Of a stretch of DNA of 64,000 bases, positions 63,017 to 64,000 are shown one piece after another. The position numbers were made by a program, and so were the translations under genes. The stretch is from Phoronis australis. Its lineage: Eukaryota > Animalia > Phoronida. The DNA is taken from positions 443,846 through 507,845 of the forward strand of contig NMRA01000018.1 of NCBI GenBank assembly GCA_002633005.1, given 5' to 3'. The first letter of the stretch is position 1. The number at the start of each line of letters is the position of its first letter. Below the pieces are notes generated by a model. The model saw only the letters and a program-made list of their open reading frames with translations, made no database searches and was not told the origin of the DNA.

Positions 63017-64000
63017 GTCTATATTAATTCTTAATGCTGTTTGAAACCTTGTCCTGGAGCAAGGATCTAATCTCGGACCTACTGTGCTCGAAACTGACAG
63101 AGCACGCCGCATGATTCCAGTGCAAATTAAGTTTACTATAGTCACGCAACGCCATACTTTGAGTTGGAATTATTTGCGAGCTCCCTTGACGGTCACACTG
63201 CTTACAAGTAGCTTAGAAGCTGACTGTCGGTGTCGAGCAAACTTCACAGCCTGGTTTGAAGTAAATAAGTCACTGCTTTTAATCAGAAATCATTTGTAAT
63301 CGATAGAAAAGAACCGAGACGAATTTTATAATAAAGCCGGAGTCAAAAAGTTGTTTTCGACAGAATCGCGGGTTTATACAGCAAACTACAACCTATAAGT
63401 AATACTGGCACCCCACTAGAGTCACTTTGAAATACTCTGCGCACTCCGATAGGCGTATTCTCAAACTTACCATGTCTCGTTGTTCGTTAATATTTTCAGC
63501 CGTAGTTCTACGTGTCTGATAAGTACCCGATGCCACTTCCGCTCTGCCTTTTGTTAGCCCACTCCCATGTACATGTATAAGCCCCCAATTTTGGGACGTT
63601 ATCGAGTGTAAGCTCACCTTCTCTTGTATAAGAATATCCCAAATTTTCTCACTTTTTAGCTCATTAGCTTGGGTATAGGCCCTGTCTTTTTATTTTCTAG
63701 TTCCTGTCAAATCGTCCTTTTCTCTCGTTTGCGCTTTGTGGCTAGACAGGCTAACCTTAACCCTCGAGAAACAGATCTCGCTGTATGCGTTCATTGCAAT
63801 CACGTATCAAGCACGCAGGAGTGTGATACAAGACCATGAGATAATATGTGAATGTCCGATGTAAGACCAACCACGTTCATGTCTATGCGCACCCACTAAC
63901 TTTTGAATTATCTTTCTACTACGATAACGCTCTCTACGTGATCGCAGTACATGTAATTTATGACCCGACGATCAGTACTGCTTGCTTCCGTTAGCCTGCT

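Overview
Eukaryotic (AT-rich, probably marine invertebrate) genomic scaffold with N gaps. It holds two divergently oriented, intron-containing host genes. On the minus strand is the 5' half of an ARSB/I/J-type arylsulfatase (6 exons found, 21536->6473; further exons not found in the window). On the plus strand is a complete 13-exon mitochondrial 4-aminobutyrate aminotransferase (ABAT, 46203-62093, about 505 aa). Introns and the ~25 kb intergenic region are packed with transposon relics: a 5'-truncated L1/Tx1 LINE; four copies of a TTAA-flanked Kolobok-type deletion derivative carrying convergent THAP and second-ORF stubs, with a different nested element in each full copy; a hAT-like family with 5-bp TSDs; P-, Harbinger- and pogo-like MITEs; and several other THAP remnants. 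The most striking structure is a young fold-back Penelope-like insertion in ABAT intron 10: a GIY-YIG ORF between ~187-bp inverted pLTRs, each with a minimal hammerhead ribozyme, and a 13-bp TSD, lying 19 nt from the splice acceptor. ABAT also appears to show a 4-nt intron slide. All calls were made by eye; no database searches were run.
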